Counted from the first letter of the whole stretch, positions 35,891 through 49,495 are shown. The stretch: DNA of 63,014 bases, filler included, from Globobulimina sp. (GCA_003354225.1; 24 parts of 24 records of this genome joined end to end with filler, not necessarily neighbours in it), one strand, 5' to 3'. The notes: generated by a model not told the origin, from the sequence alone. Numbers and translations: made by a program.

Positions 35891-36828
35891 AAAATGCCAT
35901 CAAAGTTTTGCTTTTTCACTTCAAAAGAGAGGTGCTTGACATAACTCTGCCATGAATTTGCCATGAATTCAATTGAATGTGTAATCGCTAAGCACATCAA
36001 AGCCAAATTGAGTGTAAAGAAAGATCAGTCATATCGCTATGCTGTAGAATTTAAATGTAAATTACCACAGAATCTGATTACAAAATTAAAGATTAGATCG
36101 CAGATTAATTCATACACAGAATTTGAGAGTTATTTTGATGTGCCATGGATATCAAAAGTAACTGACAACGCACAAACCACTGAATATGGAGGATATCTGC
36201 ATGCCAAGTATGCAATGTATATGAAAGATGTCACAGTTTATATGCTTTGATTAGTGATGTTGGTAAATATAATTTGGATGTTGGTAAATATTATATACAA
36301 TAAATTTATCAAAATTAAATGCATCGCAAAGCTCAAAAAGAGCGCCAGTTCTTTGATTGGTAATTTGTGTTTAAATCCAACATTTATACAATTCATTTAC
36401 CCTCGGGACTTTTTTATCGAATTGGATAAAAAAACCTTCGGCCTTTTTTATCAAGAATTATATCATTTCATTTTCTGCTAACAATCAAAGTCTCCATTAA
36501 AAACAAAACACCTTACTTTTCCCTACAAATAATTCCATTTTCTATCAAAGCAAATTAAAAATATATATCACAAATCTCAGCTCAAACTACAATTAGAAGT
36601 TATTTGTCGTAGCATGTCGTCAATAAATATTTTATTAATTGGCTTATTTTTATCGTTATCTGCAATCACCACATCACAGAATTTAACCCAATCGATTGCA
36701 TTACTAGCGGATGAACTGAAATCATTATNNNNNNNNNNNNNNNNNNNNNNNNNNNNNNNNNNNNNNNNNNNNTTAATTAATTAANNNNNNNNNNNNNNNN
36801 NNNNNNNNNNNNNNNNNNNNNNNNNNNN

Positions 36829-39358
36829 ATAGTGGCTTTCCTGTTCCTTATACCCCATCCAAATTTTTGTGGATCATTATAAGAGGTATCTTTAATACCA
36901 TCAAATGCCAAACTATCCGTCTGTCCTTGCTTCAATCTCTTGGAAAGTGTAACAATTAATGCAGGATCTCGATAAATACGTATTAATTTCCTATACAACA
37001 ATTCTTCCAAATGATAATTCCTTTGATTTCTTGCTAATTTCACAGCAGTAACAATCCGCAATATATAATCAACATTTTGCAAATCCTGGAATATAATCTC
37101 TTTCACCTGATCGCCATACAACAACCGCAATAACTGAGCAAATGAATAAACCACAATCGCATAAAATCCAACCACAGAATATGAGGAAACGCCGGTCAAT
37201 GACAACAACGAAGACGAGACATAATTATCTGAAATTAATATAAAGTTTAAATCCGGTTCAATATTAAAATATGACTCATAGCCATACTCAGACTTTGTAA
37301 TTAATGATAATGAAACATTTCGTTTTGGATTACTAGCCATATTATATACAGCCACATCATTTTGTGCTTGCAATCGTAACCATTGTGCATACGGTGAAGG
37401 ACATAGAAATTTTGTAACATTTTGATTTGTTGCATTTAATACTTGTGATAATTGTTTTGCTTCTTCCTGTGTTAAATCCATCTGATTCAAATATACCTGA
37501 CCTTGTATTGGATTATTATCGTCTGGGCCATCTCTGGTGAATTGGTATTCCATTTCAATTTGTGTGCCATGCAATTGCTGTGCACACTGTTCCGGTGTTA
37601 ATGGATGTCCATTGGTAGCATTCAAGCAGCCTAATATTCCCGATACGCGGTCTCGCAACACAGTGGGTACAGTGAATATGGAGTCTGCGTCCGATTCAAA
37701 TTGAATTGATTGGGATATTTGTGAGGTAGCATCAAAATAGGGACGCAACGCAATTGGTACTTGTACGTCTTGCAATTTATAATTACTTAAAGAAAATAAA
37801 TCTAAGTTACCAAATCCTTGGATATTGATGATTGAAATACTTATAAGTGCAGGCGATGAGACAGCGTTTGTGGTTGAGGCTGGTGATGCGGTACTAAACA
37901 GTAACAATGGTATAATGAGGAAACAGATAATGGCAATGAATACACAGCCACCGGTAAAAAATTTGCGCCATATTGGTATCTCTTCGCCACGATCTCTTTG
38001 CTCTTTGTACAGAGCTATGTAACATTTTATTTTAAATAAATAACCGTAAATATCTTCGACTTTCATTAATTCAATGAGTTGTAATGTGGTGGGGATGCAG
38101 ACCCATTCCAATATGGTTCGCATTTCGTACACAAATGGTATGGCCAGATAAACGGTGAAAAAAATATAATAAAAGAATGTAAAGTTTTTGCTCATTCTGG
38201 AATGTGAACGTATAAATGTTGGATAGCCATAAGCTATTTGGGAGCACGATAAAAACCAATATATTACGCGTAATAAATAATATGTGACTAAAAAGCCATT
38301 GTCATAAAAGAATATATTTGTGGCAGATGTCCATTGTACAAATATTAAGAAATGAAATAAGATTACTGATGAAAATTGACAAATTAATTTTAATACTAAT
38401 GTGTTGGTTAAGTATACGATACGGTCAAATATCATAAACATCATTTGTACGAATAAAACTAATACCATATCGCCACTAAAACGAGATGTGGAAAAGCCAC
38501 CGGCTGCGGCTTCAACTGATATTGGTTCGGCCATGTTTGGATAAAAAAATAATACCCACACTAATAATACTATATCAATGATAAACATCCAAAAATATAA
38601 ATCTATTCCCGGTTTTATTTCATCACAAATGGTGGTATTCGAACTATTAAATAAACGAAAGGACGGCGGTATTAATTCAAAAAAGAACTTTCTAATTTCA
38701 TATGGTAAGAACTTGCTGATTAAGGCATGGAATTTAAACATCCATAAATCCCATGATGGGATCCCGACATATTCGCCACGATGTTGACTGATCTCAAATG
38801 ATTGATAATCAATATTATTTTCAATAAATTCGTCTTTATTTGCATCATAAACCCGTTTTGGTTCGCCAATGGATTTTATAATAACAAAATCCATTTTCAT
38901 CTTATCACTATTATTGCTGTAGCTGTTTTTTGCAGGTTGTTTTTCTAATTCTTTATACATATATTGCCGTTTGGCATATTCAGCAAACCATAATTCAATA
39001 TAATTATCATATGTTTGTTCAGTTTCATACCAAACGCCTTTCTTCCTCAACATCATAATATGTACGGCAACAAATATTAAACAGACAATATCGGCAAGTA
39101 ACACAGAGACCGCATCGTTGGAGTCGTCAGATTTCGTAACGCCTAAAATTTGATCAAATCGAATGGTTCCCGGATTTAAATTGTTACAATAAAAACTTGG
39201 TTGTATATTATAAGAGTAATATGTGTCTTGAGTGCCAGCATCGACATACTGTGCCACACAAAATATATCTAATTGATATAAAAATTTTAACACCATAACA
39301 ATTTGGGTATATGCTGCGATCCATAGCCAAAATTGTTGATCTGCGCGGGGTAATTGTA
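36829..39358 (-). CDS. PIEZO: Piezo mechanosensitive channel, C-terminal pore module (partial at both ends)
   Basis: FDRIVYL, QIAYGYP, PFVYEMR..LEW...TTL, KVEDIY, PLLLFS and LEELLY.KLI.IYRDP. Confidence 0.95.
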
Positions 39359-39605
39359 NNNNNNNNNNNNNNNNNNNNNNNNNNNNNNNNNNNNNNNNNN
39401 NNTTAATTAATTAANNNNNNNNNNNNNNNNNNNNNNNNNNNNNNNNNNNNNNNNNNNNTTATGAGTATTCGATAATCAGTTTCATCGTTTTGTCAGACTT
39501 TCTTTGGATTATATACTATCTCAGAATGTACATCCAATCTTTTGTTGCTACGTATGGGAAAAACGAAATGCACGTACTTTAGATTTAGAATGTTAACGAA
39601 ATTAA

Positions 39606-40718
39606 TTAAAAACGAAGCATTATCACCACAACCAGTACAAGAATCGAACAAAAAAAACATAGGGTTCCAAAATAAAGTAAATGCAAACAATGTTTCGTTG
39701 CTTGCGCTCGTTGTTGGTCTTCTTGAGTGTCTATTATTGTGTGTTCCACTTCCATCAGCTCCCATATTCCATGAATTTCTGAATTGTTAACAATTTTACG
39801 TTGGTCCAGTAAGAGTCGCATATATGGTTTCGGGAAAGGATAAATGAACAATTCTTTCACATTTATCATATTTTCGAAGCCATTAAAATTGTTAATGTTT
39901 ATTAATTTGTTTGAGTGCAACTTTTCGATCCATAAAACCTGAATGTTACTACCAATTCGCCATAGTTTATGATAATCAAATTCAACGGATTCAGTGATTT
40001 GCAATTTGAATATTGTTAAACTTGCAGGGAATGAATAGTCTGGGAATATAATTGTTGCATTTTTGAGGTTAAAGGTTAATGTCTCAATTTTGGATGATGT
40101 ATCAAACAAAGACAAGTCGATAATAAATGATTGGTTAGATATTTGTAATATGTTTATGCATGTTATAAATGTCGGAATTTGAGAAAAATCAACGTCCGGA
40201 AATGCCTTGCCTGAACCATACAAAATCGTTAATCTTGTTTTCATTTTCATTTTGATGCTTGTGGTGATAAAGAATGTATTGGATGGCGAGTTAATGTGAA
40301 ACGAGATATCTTGCACAGATTTTGTGAATAATATGGTATCAAACACTGCAAATCTACATATTTTCCATAAATCCATTAAGGTGAATCGAGTATCGGTTGT
40401 ATTTAAAATTACATATTCTTGCAATAACTCCATCGGCAATGAACGAATAAAATGTGCCATAAAAACGAAAAACAATGTCTTGTTTTCCATGATTCTATGT
40501 ATAATATTATGGAATAATACAGGTTGATCGAACAAAATCGGATGAACTATGTCCGTAAATAATTGATCTACATATTCGTGTGCAATAACACTACGTAAGA
40601 TTAATGAGGTTAAATCATATTGCGACGATTTATTTTCATTGCTAAAGTTTGCATTGATGGAAGTAGAAACTGTGGAATAAACAATGATGAATCCGATCCA
40701 GAAACAAATAAAAAACAT
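39606..40718 (-). CDS. Type I membrane protein with a possible leucine-rich-repeat-like ectodomain
   Basis: Signal peptide, C-terminal TM, and repeats such as FPASLTIFKL, SNIQVLWI and INVKELFI. Confidence 0.55.
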   Translation of the reverse strand: MFFICFWIGFIIVYSTVSTSINANFSNENKSSQYDLTSLILRSVIAHEYVDQLFTDIVHPILFDQPVLFHNIIHRIMENKTLFFVFMAHFIRSLPMELLQEYVILNTTDTRFTLMDLWKICRFAVFDTILFTKSVQDISFHINSPSNTFFITTSIKMKMKTRLTILYGSGKAFPDVDFSQIPTFITCINILQISNQSFIIDLSLFDTSSKIETLTFNLKNATIIFPDYSFPASLTIFKLQITESVEFDYHKLWRIGSNIQVLWIEKLHSNKLININNFNGFENMINVKELFIYPFPKPYMRLLLDQRKIVNNSEIHGIWELMEVEHTIIDTQEDQQRAQATKHCLHLLYFGTLCFFCSILVLVVVIMLRF

Positions 40719-40747
40719 TTAAGTTTGTAAACTTCAAGCTTAAAATC

Positions 40748-41775
40748 ATGTGTTTAATGGCGCTTTGTTTAGTATACCTTTCGCTGTGTTTTATCCCTTG
40801 CAAAACAACTATGAATCCACACACGCAATGATCAATGTATTCGAAGAATATCCACTGATTCTGGTACATAATCGCGAGGAAGACATGTCACGGAAATTTA
40901 CGAAATTATTAAATGTAAATGGTGTGATAGCAGCTCGTGATAAAAATCATAACGGAATTTGGATGGGTCTCTCCATAAAAAATAGAAACATATTAATGAT
41001 GACAAACAATAGATATAAATTCAATGCACTTAAACACATTCAATACACATCTCGAGGCATATTAAACAATGACTTATTATCTGGGAAATACAGTGATCAG
41101 TTGCATAAAATGGACCATTCGAACTGTAATACAAATATACTGAAACTCCATCAATATTTCCATGGATTCAATATATTTTTATGTGAAACTATACCTGATA
41201 TAAACTGTTACTTTTTATCAAACAGAATTCAATCAACATATGCCTGTAAACAAATGGGTGCACATAATGATATAGCTCAAAATGAGGCTAATTTGTGTAA
41301 ATTATCGGATGGAATACATATTATTTCTAACGGGCAGTTGAATGATGACATAATTTGGCCGAGAGTCAGGATTTTGAGACAAAAGTTACACAAATGGATG
41401 GAGGGTATAAATATGCAGAATAATAATATGGATGATATGGAATCAAAGGAGAATGATATGATTGATATGAAAGCGTTGTCAGTTAATAAAATAGTGAATG
41501 ATTTGACAGAAATTATGAGTGATGATAATAGGTTTAATGAGAAAGATTTACCGACGGTTAAACAGTGTGCGTTTTCGTATAATGATCCGGATTTTGAACG
41601 TACTGCACACACTGCTTTGTTCGGCAAACCATATTTCAGAGGTGTCAATATTAGAGATGCCACAGTTTGCCAAGGCATGGTTATTGTGGAGAGAAATAAA
41701 CAGCAAAATAAAGCTATAAAATATAAATATCATTATTTGCATAGAAAGAGCTTTGTGGACAGTGATGAACACTGA
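40748..41775 (+). CDS. TANGO2: TANGO2/NRDE-family protein; the first intron (40767-40828) would end in CAA
   Basis: MCL start, YPLILVHNREE, ARD...GIWMG, TSRG.L, GFNI, GIHIISNG.L and WPRV. Confidence 0.8.
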
Positions 41776-42322
41776 ATCCCTTGAATTGACTTGGTGAATC
41801 TCAAGGTTTTTCGAATCCTCGAATCTGAATCCTTGAATCCTTGAATACTGCGAATAAGCTCGAAAACCTGAATGCTCGAAAAACTTCCTTCTTCCTTCTT
41901 CATCCGTTCGTCTCAGTGCTGGATCTGATGACGATGAGGATGGTGACGATGGCAGTGGTATGCACTCGTGCGACGTCTATGTATTTTNNNNNNNNNNNNN
42001 NNNNNNNNNNNNNNNNNNNNNNNNNNNNNNNTTAATTAATTAANNNNNNNNNNNNNNNNNNNNNNNNNNNNNNNNNNNNNNNNNNNNCATTTACTGATTC
42101 GCGTTTGTTCAAATATTTACCGTTTGTGTGTTTATGATTGCCGACAGATTTATTTGTTGATTTGGAAGTATTCAATGACGTACAATATTGTGGCAAACAA
42201 ACGCTTATTAATAATAGGGAGCCGAACCAAATCCATATCACCCATAATCCCATTGTTTTAATACGGTGTATAAAGATTAAAGAAAAGTGTTTTACTGAAA
42301 AAAAAACCTTAAAAGAAAAGCG

Positions 42323-44146
42323 ATGGCAGTGTCAGAAGAACCGTATGATTCTAGTAATGAGGATGTCGACTTAGCGCTAAACATATCATTTGAAGAATTA
42401 AGACTCAAAATACGTTTCGATAACGTAGATACTGCCATTGTTATTGATTGCAATCATTATTTTCTTCAATACCCATCATTTAATTTGGAAACTTATCTCC
42501 AATCATCCTTCAAACAATCAAAAAAGCAGCATAATGTTGCATCGATTAAAGTGTTCCAAAGCACATACAATTTCGCAACAAAAGATAATAAAATCCATCG
42601 ACATATTTTAACCAAAAATCGAAAAGCAAGAAGGAAATCATATTTTGAGCAAACAAGAAACGAATTATATTCCATTTATCAGCAACGCCAATCTGTAAAT
42701 GACACACCATCTCCGTCTCCATCAATGGACTCCCAACGAATCCAATCGATAATGATACAGTCTCTCCCCCAATGGGTTGCAGGTTGTAATAGTAATAAAG
42801 CAGCCGTACAGTTGGACTGTACACAGAAAATTCGCAAATTATTATCGATTCAACGATGTCCACCAATCGACACAGTGATAGATTCCGGTGTGGTACCTCG
42901 CATAATTCAATTTTTGCAATGTAATAACAGACAGAAATTACAATTTGAAGCAGCATGGACAATTACTAACATTGCATCGGGAGATGCAAAACATACACAA
43001 TACATTGTGGACAATGGCGCAGTGCCCATATTTATAGAGTTATTAAGCTCGAAATGTATAGCGATTCAAGAACAATCCGCCTGGGGCTTAGGAAATATTG
43101 CGGGCGATTCTGTACAATGCAGAGATGTTTTATTAGAGCATAATGTTTTAAATAATTTAATTCCTTTGCTATTTGATATTGAATGTCGGGTCATAGCTTT
43201 GCGCAGAACAGCAACATGGACATTAAGTAACTTATGCCGCGGCGAAGCGAGTAGCTTTCACATGATTTATGTGAAACAAATCATGGACGTTTTAAATAAA
43301 TTGTTGTTGCTCGAGGACCAGGACCAGGACCAGGATGAGGAGATATTGCAAGATGTTTTATGGAGTTACACCTATTTATTTGCAAAATGCACAAATATTG
43401 TTATCGGCAATGAGTGTGGATACTTATTGAAAACTGAGTTGCTGATTTATGGCTATTTGCGTGTGATAAGAGACACAGAATTGGATTCTATGAGAATACC
43501 GCAGGATATTGCCACTATGTTAATATTATTTGCTCCCATTGCGGATATTTATATTCCGCGCGATGTTTTGAAGAAACTAATTCAATTATTGGCTCATTCG
43601 AGTGTGCATATTCTGACCTGTACAGTGACGGCAATTCATGATATTTTGGACAGTAAAACACAGAATAATAAGACAAGACAATTGTGCATAGATTATGGCA
43701 TAATGAAGGAATTAGAATATGTATTAAAAAATGGAAATCTGTGCGTTCAACGAAAAGTATGCTCATTGATTAATAATATGGTGGCTGATGCACCGCATTC
43801 CATAATTGATGTGATTGTTGCTGACTGAGTCTTTGATATTATAATGCGAAGAAAAGACGCATTGTTTGTAGTTGATAATGTAATGAGACATGGTAATAAG
43901 CAACATATTAAAATCATGGCTGAGAAAGGACTTATTGGAGCTATCGGAAATATGAATGAACCAATCATGGCAATTATGCAATGCATGGAAAAAATTATTG
44001 AGGTTGAGGATGGAAAGTATATTGAAATAGTTAAAGAGTGTGGAAATTTTTTATCATTATTGAAAGGATCAATGTTTGAGCATGGTACAGATTCTGCAGA
44101 AACAAGACATAGATTGCTTGTAAAACTAAATGTGAATCTTGATTAA
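42323..44146 (+). CDS. Divergent importin-alpha-like ARM protein with an in-frame TGA at 43826-43828
   Basis: RKLLS...PPID.VI..GVVP, LQFEAAWTITNIASG, EQSAWGLGNIAGDS and ATWTLSNLCRG; the 43844-44146 ORF is in the same frame and continues ARM repeats. Confidence 0.85.
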
Positions 44147-44176
44147 TTTCAGAGCACAAAAACTTTAAAGTATTAA

Positions 44177-44616
44177 ATGTTTTCGAAACAGAAACAACAA
44201 TTTCGTTATTTAGTGGTATTAGATTTCGAAGCAACCTGTGATGAGCCACAAAACCCATCACCCCAAGAAGTGATTGAATGGCCAGCAATGATAATCGATG
44301 TGGAAAACAAATGTGTTTTAGCAAATTATTTTCATTTTTATTTAAAACCAATAATCCATCCATTTTTATCAAGGTTTTGCACAAAATTAACGGGTATTAC
44401 ACAACCAATGGTTTGTAACGCAGACAATATCTTTAATGTAATTACCAAATGGAATGAGTTTTGTTATGCAAATAACTTATTACCAAATGAAAAAAACGAA
44501 GCAAGTGCCTGTATGGTAACTGATGGTGACTGGGATTTGAAATGGTTATGGCCGCAACAATCAAATATAGTGAAACAAAACATATTAAACAATAATTCAT
44601 TTATATTAATATTAAC
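44177..44616 (+). CDS. ERI1/ERI3-like DEDDh 3'-5' exoribonuclease, 3' partial
   Basis: VVLDFEATCD, EVIEWP, LSRFCTKLTGITQ and VTDGDWDL. Confidence 0.92.
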
Positions 44617-44739
44617 NNNNNNNNNNNNNNNNNNNNNNNNNNNNNNNNNNNNNNNNNNNNTTAATTAATTAANNNNNNNNNNNNNNNNNNNNNNNNNNNN
44701 NNNNNNNNNNNNNNNNACATCCTATGCGTATAATATTTG

Positions 44740-46517
44740 TTATGTTGCTATGCGTAAATATGTATTTGCAGAGACACTTAACATAATGTCAGCTGATGGT
44801 ATATCTTTGTTGAATTCTAAATATTTTGTCGCAAATTGAGGTATCCATTCACTGACAATGTTTTCTTCACTAAGCTTAATCAAATATGCTTTTACAGGCT
44901 TAAGTTTTTTTGCTGCAAACAATTCGTCGATTTTGCCAAACACAATCTCAAAATATAAGGTGTTAAAATAAGATGAAGGCATTCTACACTCCAAATCGTA
45001 CGAATGTATTCCATTCCATGTGAAGTAACTCTTTGTTTTCAAGCACATTATCCACATTCTCACCAACATGATGCCATAATCTGCATTAAATTCCATTGAT
45101 AACTTCTGAGAAAGTGACTTGAAAACAGATTGAAAATACTCTTGTGATAAAGCACCAAAATCTATTCCTCGTTCTTGTGAATAATGCATCCTTTCAAAAT
45201 GAAATGGATATTGATATTTATCTAAAATATTAAAAGTAGATTTTCTGAGTGTAATCATCTCCGATAAATGTTTAATAATTTTGTCGTTTCTAAAAACAAC
45301 ATTTCTATCAACAATCAAATGATCCACACGGACTCCGAATGTCGCATTTGACTCAAATCTATATCTATCGATATTATACCAATCATCATTGCGTGAAAAC
45401 CAACCACTGAGTACCTTTTGTAAGTATCTGATGTCGAGAAAATGTCGAGAAATAAATTCAAAAAACATGCAAGGATTTTGCAAATATCTGATTTCGAACC
45501 GCCATCCAATTTGATTCCAATTATTAAATTGCTCCCAATTCAATAACGTTAACTCACACAACAAAGTATCTGACTCTGTTTTGTAACATTGTACTGAATC
45601 ATTTTGCCGTTCATGTACTCTCCATTTCATCTGAAGATTGTGGTACGTGTTGAAAATGGGCGTGGACAGAATAACAATTGGCATAACAGAAACGGATCGC
45701 ATCTCAGGCTTTGAATGTACTTTAAAACGAACTGTATTGCTGATTGCAATCACTTGGTTATGATTACGACCTCGATCTAGAGATATTATTTCTGTTTTAA
45801 TTGGAACGATTAAATTGAACGAACGTGCTGGATTTCTATATGTATTTTTATTTATGTTGTTTGGATGCAAATGGTACAAATGGTAACTTGAAAGGATGTG
45901 GAATTATGCTTGAACTGGATTCGCCTATTAATTGCATTTCTAATTTATCAATTACAGCATCGGTTCGATGCATTCGGAAATACACATTTACAGTGCACAT
46001 GCAACCATTTACGGTGATGCTGATTTTGTTGTGATACATAAAGGATGGTTGTATGTACAATTTGTGAGTATTGATATTATATTCATATTGAATGGTTGAT
46101 TTAGAAACATTTCGGCTTTGATAGTTTTTATAGTCATTGTGTTGGAAAAAAATGGATTTATCCGAGACGTTTTTTAAATGGATTGTCCATTTTGTGTTAA
46201 GTCGGAGATATTCAATGTGATTATAATCTGGCCGCGTTATGGCAAGATTAACATGATAATCGTTGCTCGATGATGGGTTTTGAATGTACTTTGTGTAGTG
46301 CTCACCAAGAACAGGTTCATATGAAAACGAGATTAATCTAAATTGAATTGCACATGCATGTGTTTCAATTATTCTTCTTTTCGCATTTGCGGATGACCGG
46401 ACTGTAAATTAATAAATTATGCATCTGTAGCAATGATTGCAAAAGAAACGGACCTGTGATAATATCACCTGCCAATCCAAATAATATCAACAAGAAACGC
46501 AGACAGTTTGGCATCAT
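44740..46517 (-). CDS. Fragmented or spliced gene: signal-peptide-like start and a C-terminal segment with a HECT N-lobe-like motif
   Basis: Pieces at 46517 (MMPNCLRFLLILFGLA), 45848-46060 and 44740-45879; YSQERGIDFGALSQEYF resembles F.GE.G.D.GG..RE.F. Confidence 0.4.
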
Positions 46518-46567
46518 GAAATTGTATTTTATTTAAAAACAAACTTGAGTTTTACTGAAAGTCAATC

Positions 46568-47245
46568 ATGTGCGGCGATTATGTATTTGGTGGAGATGTC
46601 GAGAATCCCTATATCCGAGGTAGGAACCAGTACAAACTATGGACGCGCTCTTCTTGTTTCGAAGGATTTTATTGTTTTGTATTATTGTTTGCAATCGCCA
46701 CAGCTGCATATATATGGTTCACCAAAGATTCATTGGGCAATTGTTACGATTCAAATTTAGTGTGGATCATATTCGCTCATATAATCAAACCTTTTGTGAT
46801 ATCAATATTCATAAATTGTATACCAAATAAACCGATTTGCTGTGCTGTTTTAAGGTTATCGCCAATGTTTTTTATGGATGTCCCATATGCTATTTTTGTA
46901 ATGTTGTTTTCTTGGTTTCCGTTATCACAATGTATATTGAATGAAGATTTGGAAATCAATCACAATGTTTTATTCATATTACTTTCATGCTTGGTCATTC
47001 ATTTAATATTCCCTTTGATGGCGACTTTGCGGTTAATTGAAGTGACTGTTTTTGAACAAAGAGTGAAAACGTTACGAGAAAATTATAGGCAACGACATGA
47101 CGGTCATGTCCGAGGACAGGAACTTGAAGTGCCTCGAATACATAATGAACATAAAGAGGAGAAAGAAGAAACATTCTCTGCTTTAAGTGATTTTAGTATT
47201 TATGGAACGAACGAGAATGATATTAATGAAGCCATTGGCTCTTCT
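46568..47245 (+). CDS. Hypothetical membrane protein (about 4 TM), 3' partial
   Basis: Open frame with four hydrophobic segments. Confidence 0.6.
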
Positions 47246-47345
47246 NNNNNNNNNNNNNNNNNNNNNNNNNNNNNNNNNNNNNNNNNNNNTTAATTAATTA
47301 ANNNNNNNNNNNNNNNNNNNNNNNNNNNNNNNNNNNNNNNNNNNN

Positions 47346-48697
47346 ACCTGTTCCTCCAACACCTACATTGAAACCTATACTCGTCTCAATGACTCGAAAG
47401 GATGGTCCGCTAAAAACTTATTATTATCTGACTTAACCAAAGAATCAATCAATAAAATCACATTCCAAATCGATTGCAAAGTGCTCAAAATCATCAATCA
47501 TAATTCAAAAATCACATACGAGGCACCCTTGAAAATCGTGAAAAACAAATTTGCGCTGAAATGGGCCGTCAAAGAAGATCAAATCAATCGCTTTCAGTTC
47601 GCAAACAATGGGAAATGGTTTGAATCGGGCACCTATTCAAATTTATGGTGCTTTAAATGTGCGCCAAACGGATATAGTGATAAAAATGTTGGCAGCACGC
47701 TATTATTTATCCAATTATGTGCGTTGCCACCCAATATATCAAAGGTACATTGCGTATATACATGAAAAATGAACATAGAAACGTATTGATAATAATGCAT
47801 GACACATAGATACGATGTAAAATAAAATTGTACCACGTCGAAAGTGGCACTAAATGGAGCGTCAAAAAAGATTTTGGATACGACAATAAAAACGCGGGAT
47901 GGACAAAGAATAAATTACGATATGAGAAGTTGATGAAATATGAACGGATTACGTTCCGAGGCGAGATTGAAATATTAGCCTTATTTGATTTAAATGGCAA
48001 TAAATCTGTGATGAATCCGTCGTCTTTTGCCAATTATAGATATCAAGCAAAACTTGCCTATGATGACACGAGTATTGATATGACAAAAAAAAGGAATAGT
48101 AATAATGCTGCGATACGCAATAAATCAAAACGGTCGCAAACACAAAATAATCCGTACGGTGGCTATGGTTCTCATAATTACCAAAAGTATTTTAATGATG
48201 GATATAAAAAAGAGGATCCATTACAATATGAGAGTAATGAAAGAAAGCATAATGAGGATAGTGATGATGAAGAGGACGAATATGAAACAACAGACGATGA
48301 TGATGAAGAGGATGAGGATGAGGATGGGGATGACGACGAAGTGGAGCTAGATACTATGGATGATATACGAGAACATATTGAGTTCTTAGTGAAGGAATAT
48401 AAGAAATTGGATAAAATTGTGCGTGGTTTGAAGGCAAAATCTGCATCAAATGATGGTGTTATTAATAAGTTAAAATATGATATACAACAACTTAAAAATA
48501 GTGGAAAAAGTAATGTGGAGAAAGCGTGGAAACCGTCGGGGAACATTATGACTGATAATTTTAATGCATTTTCTACACCACACAAAAATATGGCTCCTTC
48601 ACCGTTTTCACCGCAACAAAATGCACCCGGTGCTGATACATTTGATACCGGGCCAAGTAATGCTAATAATGGCCTTGGAGGATGGACTACATTTTGA
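47346..48697 (+). CDS. MATH/TRAF-like repeat protein with acidic tract and coiled coil (intron 47745-47809), 5' partial
   Basis: WCFKCAPNG...LLFIQLCALP and DF.Y..KNAGW...ITFRGEIEIL; a 65-nt intron restores the frame. Confidence 0.65.
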
Positions 48698-48952
48698 TGA
48701 GTGTAAAAAAAAAACCGTGTGGTTTTGTGTGCTCTTTGTTTTTTTTTGTACGTTGTATTATAATTTGATTTCGTTTTATGTATACATTCGTTTTATTTTT
48801 TTGTTGGTGTTTCTGGATACAATGGGTGCGAGGATAAATTCTAAAATTATTTCAAACATTCTCTATCACATCTTTCTAAAACTAAAAGCAATTCTAAAAT
48901 CAAAGATGTATATACAACAACACAACAAAAAAGTATATGGATCATGCAATTT

Positions 48953-49495
48953 TTATATCGAAACAGTGCTCATAGCGGCAACGGGTCTTTTTAATAATTG
49001 CGCCTCCCTTTGCAACGGAGTGACAATAATATCAAATTGTACGCCATCGATTGTATGTTTCACCACCCATTTGACCAATTGATATTTATTTTGTAGCTCA
49101 AATCCATAAATATAATCCTTTAACTCCATCATTGTTTTCTTATATTTAATTTTACTAAAACACTTACGATGTATTAACATTAAAATTAAAAACACGAAAA
49201 TTCCAATAATACCTCCTAAAATAAAGATATATTTAAGGACAAAGTCGTCAACGACACTATTTATTGCACCTAAGGATTGGTGGCGGATAATATTAAGAAC
49301 ATTTGCTCGGTAGGATGGGAATGCAAATTGTGCCCCGATGGAGGCTAAACTGCATAATAATATTACTATATACAATAAGACATAGCATCGCATGCAGCTG
49401 CCGTAATATGTATTGACCTGATCATTGATTAATTTTAATTCATGACTTAGCATCTCGTCGGTGAGGCCATTATTGTGCAATAAATCTGAGACCAT
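48953..49495 (-). CDS. Hypothetical 2-TM membrane protein (possibly 5' exons missing)
   Basis: 180-aa ORF with two hydrophobic helices. Confidence 0.55.
   Translation of the reverse strand: MVSDLLHNNGLTDEMLSHELKLINDQVNTYYGSCMRCYVLLYIVILLCSLASIGAQFAFPSYRANVLNIIRHQSLGAINSVVDDFVLKYIFILGGIIGIFVFLILMLIHRKCFSKIKYKKTMMELKDYIYGFELQNKYQLVKWVVKHTIDGVQFDIIVTPLQREAQLLKRPVAAMSTVSI

Noticed and set aside
41773-41880. GAATCC-type short repeats after the TANGO2 stop
   Set aside because: Degenerate microsatellite-like sequence with no further structure.
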